DNA of 64,000 nt from Balanoglossus misakiensis (GCA_040954595.2 CM082579.2:9475625-9539624); one strand, 5' to 3'. Shown: positions 1 through 24,936, numbered from the stretch's first letter. The notes: a model not told the origin generated them from the sequence alone. Translations and numbers: made by a program.

Positions 1-281
1 TCACACGAAAATGTCAATAAAAATGACAATAATGCAACTAAAAGTGTTTTTATTTTCTCTCTCCAAAATTCCATAAAAGCAGCTTGCATGTAGGTTTGGT
101 GGAATGGCGTTTGGTGGTATCCTGTATCGAAGCAAACAAATATGATGACACTCGTTTCCATTGCAAGCATTTTCATAATTAAAAACTAGTATATATTTTT
201 TCAAAATCCCATTAAAAATATTGAGATCACCACGACAATTTCATCATGATACTAATAATACTATTAATATAAAAGTCTTAC

Positions 282-3200
282 CAACAATGTCATGATCGGG
301 AATGAGGATACGAAAACCGGAACATTGCCCAAGATTTCTGTCAGAAGGCTTATTGTTATGGTAACAACGAGTAGAACTACCCAAGGCTGTTGATCCCCAA
401 CGTGGTCACGGAAATACTCCTCTACAATACTTATAATGCCACTCTCCTATAGGAATAAAAAAATGAATGTCAAACACTGGAGCGTCATGTAGAAATCTGT
501 TATTCGTTACACTAACCACCATTTTGCTTGTAAACTTAGCTTGTGTAGAAGATGCGTGTAGGCACAAAAACGAATTGCATGTCAAAAGCAGTGGCACCGC
601 TGTTCTCAGTCGTCTTTGGCATCACTTGCTTCCTTCCACGAATGCTGTAATAAAGAATGATCTGTCTCGAAAGGACCAACGCAGTCCTGTAAGACGCCCC
701 CAGATAGACGCGATCACTCATCCATGATTATATTGACCATCCCATATATCTATACCTATAAGGGAGTGTTCAAAATACATTTCCATGGAGGCCTTTGCAT
801 AAGTCAATCCAAACGACATTCCACCAAATTTAATTGCAAATTGGTGCATCTCCCGTAGCACCATTATTTGTGAATCGCTGCACTCTCTCCATTTCAGACC
901 ACCAACCCAAACGTCTTCAAGGAAATAATCAATTTCTGCCTCACCCTGATTCCATCCCCAATTGTGAAGTATCCACCAATAATTAGAATGAGACCCCATT
1001 GAGTCTTCTTGGCCACATAGTCCCATTCCAGTATAGTCCTCTTCCCATTACCACCTGTGTGTAATAAAATGATTGATGGTACAATATATCACACAGGAAA
1101 AATGAACGTAAAATGTTTAGGAACCTGTTATCTTCGTCAAGTCTTATACAAATAGCGATATCAAGGTTTCACACCAAAGCAACAATTACGCAAATGGGTG
1201 TACGTTCGCTAATATTGAGTGCGTGTCTACAAAACAGACTTACTTGGGGTACTACAGTCTGGCATGTCAAAGGGGACGATAAAGAAGATTATGACCACTG
1301 CAGATGTTATGCACGTTAGACTGGTGTATCTGTGAAAAGGGGGGGGGGGAATGATTAGATTAAATGATTAGATGACTAATTCGATGACTAGAGAGGTCAT
1401 GCTCATGTGTAATAACTATACAATTATGAAATGCACTATATACACACTCATCATTCCTATATAAGGAAAGCACCATGTAATAATATGCAAGCTAGTGAAA
1501 TCAACATTATCAAAGATGAGTTTCTCAACCGGCCAATTCGAACATCGTCTCCTACCTGGGCGGGAATAAAGACTTCCATCCTTTCATGAAGTTCAGGTCA
1601 GCGAAGAACAACATCAGTATGTAAAGGCAGAGGATGACAAGGGTCGCGCCTTCTGACCACCTGAGTTCAAGTACAAAAAAGAAGAAAGGAAAACCCCTTT
1701 TTCTCGTGCCAAATACTTCTTTACACGGGGGATGTTTCGACAAATTTAATAATGGAGAAATGAAGTTGGATTAGCATTATCAGTGTTTGAATTTTAAATT
1801 GTAGAATTGCATGCTACGTTTTTCATTCAATTCACCTCAGTCCCACATTTGTCAATTGTAAAATAATATCACTTTATCAGAAACGTCATGGTTTTATCCT
1901 AAACTTAACGAAAAACAATAAAGTTGATAATAAGTATCATTTACAAAAACAATTCCCGTGCACTGATTAATATACTCTGTCCATACTCACGTTATACTAC
2001 CCAACTTTAGGTATTCCCGTTTCAGATACACTTTCACTCTCTCCTTGGATTTCGTCGACGATATCTCGGCGACCTCGTCGTTTGGTTGATCAATAGTGCC
2101 TTCCACGTTTGTCTCGATTGTTGCCAGCCTGAAACCCCAACATTACACGTCATCGGCGTTATCAATCAATGTTTACTTTCTCATAAACACATTCTCGCCC
2201 CACCAGACTACGGATTTCTTTCGTTTCACTATCGGGAGCAGAGCGCTGCCGTAAAAGGGTCGTGGTTTGCGACGATGCATAACCAGGGCCACCGCCCATC
2301 ATTTTACATAAACATACAAAATCGAAGAAAAAATATGTACAGACACCACGTGGAAATGAAAATTATATTAGCGACTTCAAGTCTAATTTGCAAGTCAGTA
2401 ACAGGAAAAGCTATTGCTACGATTTTACAGCATCGTCCCTCCTCAACATTGCTTTATGAATGTAAACAGATAAATTGAATAAAGTAACGGGGTTCATCGA
2501 CGTTATTGTTATATGGGAGTCGTCATTTCATACAGAATACACGAAAGTTCAATCACCCAGCAGGCATACTATCCTATTTTTCTGAAGCTGTACGTGTAAT
2601 TTAGAACACACGTTATATATGTAAGAAGGGCAAAATTATTGCAGATGGTAAATCAAAATGTATATTATAGCAGGGTACAATCCGTTATTATACGAAAATC
2701 ACAATTATATGCCACAAAATGGACTTTTTGGTATAATATAATATCAATGGACGGTTGTTGGCAAGTAAGTATAGTCGCGGGCATGGAAATGGTTAGAAAT
2801 GATGGAACACCTATATTCTCTTTAGTGAAAACAGTAGTGTTTACTCGTACAGAATGCCATATTCAACACTTGCATCCGCCTTACCTTTTACGTGCACGCC
2901 TTAGTGTCATCCACCCAAGAAACGCCATATAGATATACGCAAATACTAAAGAAACCAGCTGTAAGGGGACCGCATAGACAAGCCAGGTATCGAACGCGAT
3001 TGTGCTTTCTGGTCCAAATTCCCTAGTGGGAGTAATAAAGACCATTGCATGTGATTTCCAAAATGTTAGCCTTTTTATATACTTTTTTTCTGTATATAAA
3101 TGTAATAATATTTCTATGCTCATCAAGTATCGAATTACTACCGCAATTTTATTGTGTAATTATTTGAATTCAGTTCTTCCACGCAACAAACTAGACAATC

Positions 3201-6200
3201 GCCAGATTAAAAGATTGGCGTGTAGGGAAACTTACATGTTCATTCACAAACGACATTTGACGTGAACAAGGAAATTACTCTGTTCAACTGCAACAGTTGT
3301 AAAGCATGTATATACGATACAGTGACTTAAAACGCCGAGCAGTGATTTGGTTAAATGAGAAAAAATGATACCTTGTTAATTGTGCATTTGTCACAATGGG
3401 CATCACTGTTCCTATTAGAGTTGCCGAACCTCCAATGACGGTAGAGTACATGATTGACAGCAGAAAAAGACTTGTGAACAGGGGCTTTTTCTTTGGGACC
3501 TCTTCTCCCACCAACTTGATATTGCTGACTTGGGCCACTTCACTGCTGTAAAATAATTTGCAATTTTACTTTTCAGCCATATTCCAAAGCTCACAGGTCA
3601 AATGACCAGTTGAAAGGACAAACATAACGCAATACAGAACAGAACAGCAAACAAAATCAACAAACAAACAAACAAACAAACAAACAAACAAACAAACAAA
3701 CAAACAAACAAACAAACAAACAAACAACAACAACATGAAATCCATGACAGAAGGAGATATAGACCATAAAGTGATGTCAGGTGTATCGAAAATAGTCAGG
3801 GTATCCTGCTCCACATTTGACAACTGCCGTATATCAATCTTTAATTCAAAATAGGAAGAAGTGGACAGTCACACATTAAAGACAAATGACGCTGATGCCA
3901 TCAGTTGACCATTCTATTTTAGCTCCTGCGTTCACATATTTCTCTTTATATTAGTCAGTCAGTCAGTTACATGTAGTTAGTTAGTTAGTGAGTGAGTGAG
4001 TTAGTTAGTTAGTTAATCAGACAGCTACAACGTACAAGCGAACATTTAGAAGGGACATGTTAAAACTTTCCATAATTAAGGTATAAGTTACTCCATTTTG
4101 CACAATAACTGCTACTCAACAAGCTTCTGAGATAAAGTTAGCAGATGTTTAATTCTACGATTACACTCCTCATCGTCCATCATTTCGTTGCTTTGCACAC
4201 TCACCTAGATTCTTCAACAACTGGATTAACAATTTCGTCGTGAGCTGATTTGTCGATAACATGAGCACCAAGTCGAAATTCGTCCCCACATGCATCCTAA
4301 AGAAATCAACCGCAGATCACTATATACAAAAACAAAACTTATAAGCACAGAAAAGTCTTGAAATTACGGTAATATTTTTTAAACGCTTACATCATTGAGT
4401 TGACGGCCATTTTACCCACAACACAATGTGTGTAATGAGTTTTGAGCGCCTAGCATGAAGGTAGCTTGAATTGCCAACTGTCCTCATCTATATGACCTAC
4501 CGTTATATGGCATGTGTGAGCAACAGCTCAGGAGTACTCCGAAATGGCTGTCGGACGGTCATGCTGGCTCGTATTGCAAAACACAATAAATCCATGCGTA
4601 TATGTCAATGGAAAGTGTTCTTTTACGAACTCACTGTCAGCGTCCCAAAATACTTACCGATCTAAACAGCTGTTTGTCTAGTTCTTCCGCTAAAGCCTGC
4701 CCTATTGGTATCATCATGGCCATCACCGCCAAATTTGACAACCACATCGACATGAAACCACACGCCACAAAGAAACCAAACATTAACCTGTAGAAACACA
4801 TCAATGAAAGAGAAAATACACGGTGAAACTGCACTTTCTATGCAAAAATAATTCTACAGAGATAGGGGTATTCAGTGTGTAATCACTGAACTGCCACGCT
4901 TTCAATAATACTTTCTCGGTGGTTTACCTTAATCTACGTGTATGTATAGCCAAATATGTATAAAAGACTCCCCAGCTTAACATTGGTATCTGGCCCACAT
5001 ATGAAATATCTAACATATCTATATCCATTTAATAACAAAGCTTCTTCCGTGTATTCAAATTTTCATCATGCATTTAAACGATCGCTCTGGGTCATTACAA
5101 TAAATGCAATTTTTTTCTAAATCGTCACTGTATACAACTTCGGTTGCCTTAAAATTGTCACCTACAGCTACAAAAACGCTTATTATGTTATGTGATTATC
5201 TCAGTTGTCGTATATACAATAATTAGTTCATAGTTTACCAGTAAGGGTTTGATCCGAACAACAGCAAGCAACGCAGGACTATTCTCTTGTGCAGATGCGT
5301 ACGCTCCACTGATGTTGAAAGAATCAAAATGCCGATTATGAACAGAGTCGTGTCAGAGAAATAGCTCCGACCGACCGAATCGGCGTCCATTATCCCTGAA
5401 AGTTGTGTTGAGGAAAGATTATAGGTGTTAGCATAATACAAGTGTCAAGTATCCGAATGTTGAGGGTCGTGTCATATGAGAGGCTTTATTTTTCTGTCAA
5501 CTTGGTACAATAAACACGGATTGAGCTGAACAGAAGGAAAGTACTGGCCATAGATCGTTTCAGATAAACACAGCAAAATGTATGTGTCCGGGTGTGTCAA
5601 AAAAACAAAAGAAAAGAAAAGTGTGGAAAAATTCCATGTAAACGTTGAAAATTAAAACGGCAGACGATTAATCATTAAACAAAAGGTTTCTTATACATGG
5701 CCGAATGTTTTACGCTCTAGACAAAACATTTATCCCATCTATATATAGTTTGAGCAATTTGCTATTTTATTTTTAGGTTAAGGAGAATTCTGCGATTTTT
5801 ATTTCACGACTTGTTCTTTTTATATTTTGCGGCTGTTTTTCGGCTGACTTACATGGTTTTTTTTTCAAAAGCAGAGGTGAGTTTTATTTTGGTGGTATAT
5901 AAATGGGGTTGTCATTGTTAAACATTTGGATTGAACAAATACAAAAAATAGGACCTATGGCATTCTGAATAAAGGATGTCTGAGTGCCCAGTTTAGGCAA
6001 TAATTAAACATTGCCTCGCCACAAATGAAACAGTAGGCCTATATGCAGTTGTCTCAAAGAAGTCAATGTTATTGCCCCCCCCCCCCCCCGACTACTTAAA
6101 GACTACAAAGTGTTGAAATGTAACTCACTAGATGTTGATCCGAAATTTATGATGAGCCAAATTCCTTCATATTCATTTTTTTATCTACAGCGGCTGACAA

Positions 6201-7271
6201 AAAATACCTCGTAAAGTGCATCGCCAACTTAAAGGGCGACGATCGCACTTATGCACATGTGCCAAACCAGACACCCAGACAGTCAATGCGCATAAGACAA
6301 TCATTGGCCTTTAAAAGATCGCAAAGTCGCTCGTTGTACTGGTAGGCCTAAGGGCCTTCACCTTTGCTGGAACAGAACCTCTTTGTAATCATTCGACCAA
6401 AGTAGTGAAAGGTTTTACCTAAAAGGGGGAACGCCACCGACGGTAATAGACCGGTCACTGGAAACGGAATCGCATCGGTTAACAAGAACACGAACACTAC
6501 CAACAAGACGTAGAGACATTTCGATGCCTATATGGAGAGAGCATAAAAATAATACAGATACATGTATGTTATCAAAACCTGCAATTCGTATAGAACAAAG
6601 TAGTAACACTTGAAATCATAGACATGCCGATTGAAAGTAGTTCGTTCAGACATCACGCTGACTTGGGCCAGAAAAATGCTCCAGTTGGTTGATCGCGGTA
6701 TAGAAACGTCTATGGCCGCGGTGACCTAATTTACATACAGGTAAATACGTCTCCAATTTCGATACGGTTGACCGGCGTGGGGCGAGGGAAGTGGGGAATG
6801 CCTATTGATAAACCCCGGATTATGCCAAGTATAATATTTTTGTCCTTTGCACAAAATGTCAATTGGGAAAATAGTAGGTCAGCTGTGTATTACACGTCGT
6901 CCTTTAAATACACGTGCTGTTATCCGCATCATTGGTATACATGTATGCCTTTCTATGCACTGAGGACGTCTGTTCATGGAAACCCGCGCGTGCAAACACG
7001 ACAGGACATTTAACCAAATAAATCGCGAAAATTGATAAAAATGCACTCCGTCCTGGTTGTAAGGAGTTCCTGTGCGAAAAACGTGCGTGGTTACAATAGG
7101 CGGGCAATAAATGGCGCCACAAACAAACCTATATTTGTTGTAAAATGTACTCACAGGTGACTGGTACACTATAGGTATGGGCGCGAACACAAGCGGCGTT
7201 AGCAGCGTTACCAACAATTTTCGGTACGCCAGAAGTTGCCGAATCACAAGGTTCTGATGACAGCCAACCAT
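282..7271 (-). CDS. SLC13-like: SLC13/DASS family Na+-coupled di/tricarboxylate or sulfate transporter, paralogue A (12 exons visible; last ~2 exons apparently lie beyond the window start)
   Basis: Hand-spliced exons with GT-AG boundaries and consistent phase: 7271-7155, 6527-6419, 5395-5239, 4787-4658, 4296-4205, 3545-3372, 3022-2885, 2128-1991, 1660-1556, 1329-1244, 1054-945, 446-282 (1521 nt, 507 aa, no stop). SLC13 motifs: TDAIPFPVTGLLP, ERTHLHKRIVL, FMSMWLSNLAVMAMMIPI, IGGSATLIGT, ILEWDYVAKKTQWGLILIIGG, LTEILGN. Orthology within SLC13 is not resolvable. Confidence 0.9.
3659..3727. repeat. (CAAA)n microsatellite, SLC13-A intron 5
   Basis: direct reading. Confidence 0.95.
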
Positions 7272-8974
7272 TGTCCGCTTCCCTAGAAAGAATGAAGTCC
7301 AATTTGTGGACGGATAGCTCACCGTCGCGCGCGTTTGTTCCTTGTCACTATTTCCGAAGCACAACCTCTCGCCTCACGGTTCGTCGTCCTTGGAAGGCTA
7401 TGTCGCGTATTTGATGACAAAAAAGGCCACCTGAACCAATTGTTCGTTTAGCTGACCCTGCATTTCTTTAAGAAACTGCATCAGCCAATCTAAACTAAAG
7501 GATAAAAATATAAATTATAGGAAATTACAGTGTGCATGTATTCACTGAGCGAACCTGTGCTGTGGATGAAGATGTCTTAGTGACGTTGAATTTCAAGGGA
7601 TACAGGGACCACTTTGTTTGTGCCCTCGCATAGAGGTTGACAAAGCCCAGACGACTTCTGACATCATGCAAGGGCCAAGTCGTATATGCCCTCAAGGTAT
7701 TCAACTCGTTTGTTTATGAGTCTACTGCATGTAGACATTGCCCCCGACTTCATTTTCCTACATGAATGCGTCGTAACGGTTGTAAATTGTAAAGAGTGAA
7801 TGAATTTGCTTATTATCTCCACGAGGCAAGGGTCTTAAAACACGTTTCAGGTTCAGGGGTCAAAATGCCAAACAAGTTTATGGTGAAAACAACCAGTTTA
7901 CAGCAGCTTGAATGAGCGAGACTCCAGTGTAACGTGGATATGTAGACAATCATCTGAAAAGACTGAACCAGCTTAAAGGTGTACAGTCACCCAATGCAAA
8001 TTTAGCAACAGTAACCATGGCAATTTCGAAAAACAAAATTACGAACAGCTGCAGGGTCTCAAATTTTATGAACTTCGATATCAACACCGTGGTTCCAACC
8101 TCTCAATTTGCTCGGCATTTTTGAAATTTGGTCGCTTTATAGTTGTTTGCTATTGTCTTGTAGAGGAGTGGGATTGAAAAAAAAACGCCAAAAAGCGAAT
8201 TCGTTGGTCTTAATGTAGTGTAGAATTTCACTTGGCCGCAGGTATATAGCCACGGATCGTTGGTCCTCCAAGAGTCATCAGCACATATTAATAAACATAG
8301 GCCCTTGCCATAAATTGCCAACGTTCGTTATGTTAATCTGTATCGAGATATCGTGGATAAAAAAAAGTGAAGACCTAACGGGAGACACATTGTTTTTCAT
8401 TGACAGTAAACTTTTATTCCAATTTTTGTGAGTTAATTCCATTCCATGAGGGTAACAGCGTTAATTATTATATTCAGAGGAAAGCTTATGCTGTCACGTA
8501 TAATATAGGCATATACATGTACTATTTATATGAGGCACTATGTATTGCTGGGAATTCCTTGCGGTTGCGCAGAGATACGTGTAAGGACCTACCGAAGTAG
8601 AGACTCGTTGAAACACGAAGTAGTGGGAAGTCAGTATAGACTTCATTGCTACAGGAAGGGGCGTTACAACACACAGTTGTCTGTAAGTGTATTAGCATGT
8701 CTCCTACCTAGCCTTGCTTGACTGGGTAGGAGGCTTGGCGGAAGGAAAGAGTTCACCAAAAGAGGGCGCATCGCGAGAGCAGGTCAGCCTGAGTGTATCG
8801 GTAAGAGAAAGGTTAGAATTGTAAGGGTAACGGAAAAGCAGAAGAAGATTAGAGGCTGGCCGACAGCTTTTTCTATCAAATCGATCCCTGAATTAATCCC
8901 TGCGCCTTCACCGCTGAAAGCCGAATAAATCCACGTAAAGGAAAAATAATTGACATTCCGAGAGGACAGCTCGG

Positions 8975-11956
8975 CTAAACCTTTGTATATGTCATGACTA
9001 CTTCAATAGCGGGAAGAATTATGTGACCATCAACATCATCGCTTAATTCCCTAAGGAGAAGCAGGATTTTGTTTTTATATTCTTCCGTTACATGTTTGCT
9101 GAGATCACATGCCCCAGTTACGAAATCTAACAGGAGGTTTCCATCCCTGGAGTCTTCTTTGAAACACTCGCTGATGTTGATGGGCCGCGTTGTGTTGTGA
9201 GCTTCGTACCGGGCGTCTGGCAATCGGCGTCCAAGCGAGTCCTCGATGTCGTCGAATTTCAATGCGTCTCTCCGGAACTCTTCGGCGTGAAGCTTCATGA
9301 CGCAATCACTCGCCATGAAGAATCCGTACCCGCCTGTGGGGGAGACAATTTGTTCTATTGGTGCTGCTAGTCTCGATTACCCAGACCCCTCTGCTTTTGC
9401 CCCAACGGAAGAAGCAGAGGGGTCTGGGTAACCGAGACTATTAGTGCTGTGTGTACTATACAGTAAACCACTTTATTTTCGCGAGCAATAAGAGAACGCG
9501 AAAATTAGTACTCGCGAAACAGTGGCCTCTCTCGATATCGCGAAAAATTCAACTCGCGAAAATCAAGTGTGTTTTTTTTGTTCCGGTCCATACCTTAGGG
9601 CATTGATCCGTCTGCTATCAACCTTACTAAGTAAACATGTAGTTTTATATAAACTGGACATGGGCAAATTATGGCAAGCCAAATGTTGCACAATTCAACA
9701 ATATGGGCAACGCGCTCGGGTAGAATCAAATTTAGCTTTTGGCGCATACATTTGTACATGTACGCATAAGAAAAGTAAACAAGAAAATTGAAAAATTGAA
9801 GGCCTTCTGAATGTGTGTTTGCGAAATAAGCCCAAGAATTACTCTTTGCGACCAAAAAAAAACTATAGAGTGAAATGTTCGTCCCAATTCAATCTATTAT
9901 TATTATTATTATTATTCCGATTATAATAATTATATGAGTTTTTATTTAATTATCATTATGTGAATGTCACCCCATCTCGGTCAATTTTACAGACGACTAC
10001 GAAGAACCTACCTCGCAAGGACTGCTGCATATTTGCCAACACTCCGCCTTGACTGAGTGTGTTGTAGAGCGCCACCATGGTTTCTTCGGCATTAGGAAAA
10101 TGGTAGATTGAATGTATGAGGTGGATGAGGTCGAATGTTTCGATGCCCTGCCCCTTTGTACGCTCTCTGAGATACTCATCAATGGTGCAAGTGTGGAAAT
10201 CAAAGCTGACGTTATTCCACTTCCCTTGTTGGTGGCGTGAGGTGACCAAGTCTTTGAAGTTTTGAATTTTCTCACTCAAAGGTTCCACAACCACGTAGTT
10301 GACTTGCTTGGCTTGACCGGTCAGTTCATCGATTATCAGAACGTCATTCACCCCTGCAGGGAAATGTTATCCGAAAGTCGTCCATTGAGAGTGGTGAATG
10401 TTGCATGACAGAGCAGTTTATTAGTACGCCCCTCACACTGTATTCTGGACTCTTTATTGACACCGAAACAGGTGACACAAGCATGGTGGACAGAGTCAAC
10501 GCCCGTAGGCAGGGGATATCTAATGTACATGTATAGGTGCTGGATGGCGAATGACACGCAGATGGCGCTTTGTAAATAAATGTAGTGCGATTGCAATGTT
10601 TATGCAAGAATGTTAAGGCAAAGGAGATGACAACCAGAATACATTGGAAAGTGCACGTTCTCAATAGCCCCCCAAAATATTCAAAAAATACTTTATTATC
10701 TTGCTGTGGTTTACGCTACTATAAGACGCATTGGTTGGTTTTTGACTCAAACACTGCAAACGTTTTAAATAGCTGGCACTAACCGACTTTTCGGTTCTCC
10801 GCCTCCTTTTATTTGCAGTGGTTAAAAGGATCATACGAAGTAATTCGAAGGGAACACCTACCTTCACCCGATCCCACGGAAAGAACTTGAAGTACAGCAT
10901 TTTCTTTGGTCTTGCACACGTCGTCGACTATTTTCACGAAAACTAGTCGCTCCTCGTCCCCTCGCACGTAGCCATACTTGCGCATAGCCTGCTGTCTGTC
11001 AAGGTACTCTTGGCCGTCGTATTGATAACCATTTCTGAGTGGTCCAGTCGTCGCGTCCTATAAGGTTACCACAGCATAAACGTCAAAAGGGCGTTGCGTT
11101 GTGATACAAGTAAGTAAGGTTCAAGGACATTTTCTTTATGTAAAAACGATGGGTATTTGCAGAACCGAGAAAGAAAAGAAAAGAGCATCACAAGAAAAGA
11201 TGACTAAATATTATAATGTGCTTGGGTTGAACCTTTCTGATTTGTTTTATTGTCGGGATTCATATTCTCAACTGCAATTGGAGAATAATAAACTCGGCCG
11301 TGGTGAATATTGTGGTCATTAAAGGGACAAAGTCTCTCTCTCTCCTTGTCCATATGTTTGATAAAAGACACCATTGATGTTATTCTACGTGTGGATATAC
11401 AGTGAATCAGCGTTCGACCACACACAACATCCGTCCCGTTTATAGACACGAGAGTAAAAAAAACTCGCTAAAATGAATAATCGGTGTTTACCATTGATTC
11501 ATTTTCTCGACATTTTTACATTCATATCCTACAAACGGGATGGAAGGTGTGTGTGATTGGACGTTGATTCACTATATATCCACATGTAGAATAACATCAA
11601 TGGTGTCATATAGATGAAATCAGCGATGGACGCGGCGACGGCAATGTTGAACAAGCATTAGGGACAAGAGCGTCTTCCGTGCCCTCAGTTAGGGAGCCTT
11701 CCTTTACACGGGGGAATAAGTGTGTTATAAAGCACATATTGACCGGTCATATCCGTGTATCAGAAAAATATTCCTCTGATATTTTCTGCCAAAGATGTGT
11801 GATTAAAATCGATCCAAGTCTCGTTCAAAGCACAGTGGACGCGAAAACTTGAGATACCTATCGTCACCATCACGAACAACCTAAAGTGAGGAGGTATATT
11901 TGTCGCATTTCTACCGTACATGTATAAGCGCTTACCTTGAATATATTCTCTGCCAT
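8975..11956 (-). CDS. HNMT-like: Histamine N-methyltransferase-like class I SAM-dependent methyltransferase (4 exons, 305 aa)
   Basis: Exons 11956-11936 (MAENIFK), 11057-10862, 10353-10012, 9333-8975; 918 nt, in frame, canonical GT-AG. SAM motif I VLSVGSGEG, post-I VVVEP, FDLIHLIHSIYH, and the HNMT-typical C-terminal ISECFKEDSRDGNLLLDFVT. The short first exon is less certain than the others. Confidence 0.88.
9368..9440. mobile_element. Tiny palindromic (foldback) insertion, TAG...CTA termini
   Basis: TAGTCTCGATTACCCAGACCCCTCTGCTT ... AAGCAGAGGGGTCTGGGTAACCGAGACTA; flanks TTGGTGCTGC / TTAGTGCTGT resemble a decayed 10-bp TSD. Confidence 0.75.
9459..9570. mobile_element. Internally deleted copy of the 58918-59130 MITE, in HNMT-like intron 3
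   Basis: Shares CACTTTATTTTCGCGAGCAAT and AAGAGAACGCGAAAATT...CAGTGGCCTCTCTCGATATC...CAACTCGCGAAAAT. Confidence 0.8.
11319..11610. mobile_element. TTAA-AGGG-starting foldback element (Kolobok/piggyBac-type MITE); relatives at ~33443-33768, 36932-37257 and 55029-55354
   Basis: Starts TTAAAGGGAC(A/AT)AGTCTCTCTC; long internal inverted arms (GACACCATTGATGTTATTCTAC / GTAGAATAACATCAATGGTGTC); shared with the three long array spacers. Confidence 0.7.
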
Positions 11957-12457
11957 TGTCCGAGGAATGAACGTAGCCAGCTATGAAAATGATTTCAAGT
12001 CAGGGGTATAGCAGGGAAGTGTACACAGCAGCTGTATTTGGCGGCGAGTGCGTGCAGTCCCGTTTATTGCGGTGCCTTTTTATAAAATGTTTGCATCGTG
12101 TTTTCACATGTCCATTCCGGCGATCCTCCCACATTTTAACGTAATCAATATAGGCATACTTGTACGTTGTGAAACAAGAATTTATGTATAGAATATGCGG
12201 GGGTTTTTTTTACAGATTTTATAACATATTCATGTTTGAACAGTTCTGGCTTTGTCCGTTATCTGTCCGGACAGGTAGTTGTCACATTCAAGATGTTAAA
12301 CACTGAATTGGGAACTATAGTAATACAATGCCCAACCTTGCCACTTCCTGATCGCTGCATTTGAATATTCAGTTGCCTATTGACAGCCAGAGAATGGTGA
12401 AAACAATTCAAACAATTGCCCTTCAACTTTCAACGGTTGTCAATGTATGAATACAGT

Positions 12458-12580
12458 TAGCTGCAATAATTGTAGCCCGCGGGCCATTATGTGCCGAATT
12501 GGCTGGCCCGTGGGTTACCTACGGGCCAGCCAACTCGGCACACTTGATAAAAGGCCCTTGGGCTACAATTATTGCAGCTA
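12458..12580. mobile_element. Palindromic insertion, TAG...CTA termini, 9-bp TSD
   Basis: TAGCTGCAATAATTGTAGCCC ... GGGCTACAATTATTGCAGCTA with internal arms; perfect direct repeat GAATACAGT on both sides. Confidence 0.85.
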
Positions 12581-13724
12581 GAATACAGTCAGATGAAGTG
12601 TCAGCAAGACAGATACATATTACCCATGTGTTGCTGACAGTCACCCACAAGAAGGGATCATGTACATTCACACTCAGTATGGGGCTAACTAACACAACTG
12701 ACGGCGAGACATTTTGGCGAAATCGCCATAGCGCTTCGCCCGCTATTAAAAAGAGCCACTGGTAAATTATTTGCATAACAAAGAGCTAATACTAGTCTCG
12801 CATGAATATGCCAACATGATGTTGAAAAGAGCCTGTTCATGATTGTACTTCACCGCGATATACTAAAATGAAAATTTGCATTAGCGAATAAAAAGCACTC
12901 AGTTGCTGCTTTGAAATAAATGACCACGGAGACCGATATCAGCGATAGTGTATAACTTGTTTACATATTGCATTCTGCCTTCAGTTGAACATGATAAGGA
13001 AATATGCCCACAACTCGGCCGCAACCAGCCTATAACAGCACGTAAAATCACTCCAGTAAGTCGTATCAACAACGTGTGATGACACAACTGATCAACCACT
13101 CTCACGACTACGGCTGCTTGGAGATGCTACGCACGCTGTAAATGTTACACATGTATTATAATTCCCGCCATTCACATTATACTGCACATACAAATCACGG
13201 AAGCGGAGGGTAAAATTGGCTTGTAAAACCAGAAGCTATACATTTTGCTTAAAACATCACTGTAGGAACAAAATTAACACGTTGAAAGCAGCAGAATCAG
13301 ATCATAGTGAGAAAGTCTGTAAAAAATGCTGTTGTTTTTGAAAAATTCAATCTGCTCAAAGTCCATTGCACATCTCGGCTAAAGAAACAACATAACTTAC
13401 AAACCAAACCGTACCCTGTTTGCAAAACATATACATATGCACGACCTCCTTGCTGGACTCCAAACTGCATCTACGATGTAAAGTGTGTCCCTATAGACCG
13501 GGTATAGCCAGACCTGAGTATAACACCCAATCTTATTGTATTTTAACACGAGGAACAGCTTTGGGGTCAGGAACAACTTAGGTCTCTTAAGAAAAGCGTT
13601 CGTTACCCCCCCCCCTCCCTTCCCACCCGCCCGATCACTGTGACGGATATATTCCATTAGCATATCCTACTGATACTGAGTCACAGCTGACGTACATATC
13701 GACCTTGACTCGCCGTCTTGTTTT

Positions 13725-23903
<10,179 letters not shown>

Positions 23904-24531
23904 ATTGTGGCGGCGTTACCGATCGAATCGCTCAACGACCAAGATTAAACCGAGATCACCCGCGACCCATCGATTGACATGAAAGTCCCCAGTGACGGTC
24001 GCCTCTAACTGAGATTGGCCGACCAAGTCGGAAAACAACGTTTGCTTACGCCCCGACCTACTTCGCAACTCCTGGTCCATTGTATATTAAAGTAAACAAG
24101 ACCCCGACCCGAAGTTCACCCTCGTGCATCGGTTCGGTCGTTGGTGGCAGCCAGTGGATTGAACTGTGGCTTTAAGTGCATGTGATCGAATGCTTTAGTT
24201 ATCCAAATAATATACCAGTACACCATAAGGCATGGGGTGACCTGTGGCAGAAGATTACAAATTGTTCAAAGTAACCTAACTATCGCCGTGGATGCGTAGC
24301 CCTATATTGCACAGTGAGGGATACGTGGCATATTTTGATCACTTGGAAGGGAACTGAAGTCAACCAACTGACGTGACTGTGAACAAAGTGTTTGTCTTCG
24401 GAGTTTAACAGAATAAAATGTCTCATTGCTTTCATGTAAGCTAAAAACTACCATAACAATACCATTTATTGCAGTATAACTCAAGTACCAATAAATGCCA
24501 ATGTCGTGGTGTATACTAAAAGATGAAAATC

Positions 24532-24936
24532 ATATTATACCATGCTACCGTCCGCCATTCTGATTGGACGAGAGCTCAATCCAGCGATGGTAAAATACTG
24601 TTTTACCACGACTGGCAGTGGTAAAACGGTCCCCTGAACCAGCATGTAGCAGGGAAATGTGGGGTTCAACCACAGTCGCGTGGGGTTAAACTAAAAAAAT
24701 AAAATAAATATACTGTTGAATTTATGGAAGTTTTATTTTGGAACTGCTCTGTGGGAATATTTGTTACTTTGCCACGCGCGATGCCCGTCTTGTCACATTC
24801 TGTCGTCTGCTTCATGTTTAATGCTCGATCCCGGGCGCTCGTGTTTACATTCGTCGTCGCCATGTTCATTCGCGTTCGTGACGCGAAATTAGAAAATGAC
24901 AGCGATATGCCAAAAAATCAATTGTTGGTATAATAT
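24532..24936. mobile_element. Putative ~400-bp MITE between SLC13-B and the DMT array
   Basis: 11-bp TIR ATATTATACCA / TGGTATAATAT; a similar terminus occurs at ~2730. Confidence 0.5.

Noticed and set aside
718-1026. 102-aa Trp-rich ORF
   Set aside because: It is an alternative frame overlapping SLC13-A exon 11 (1054-945) and running into the intron.
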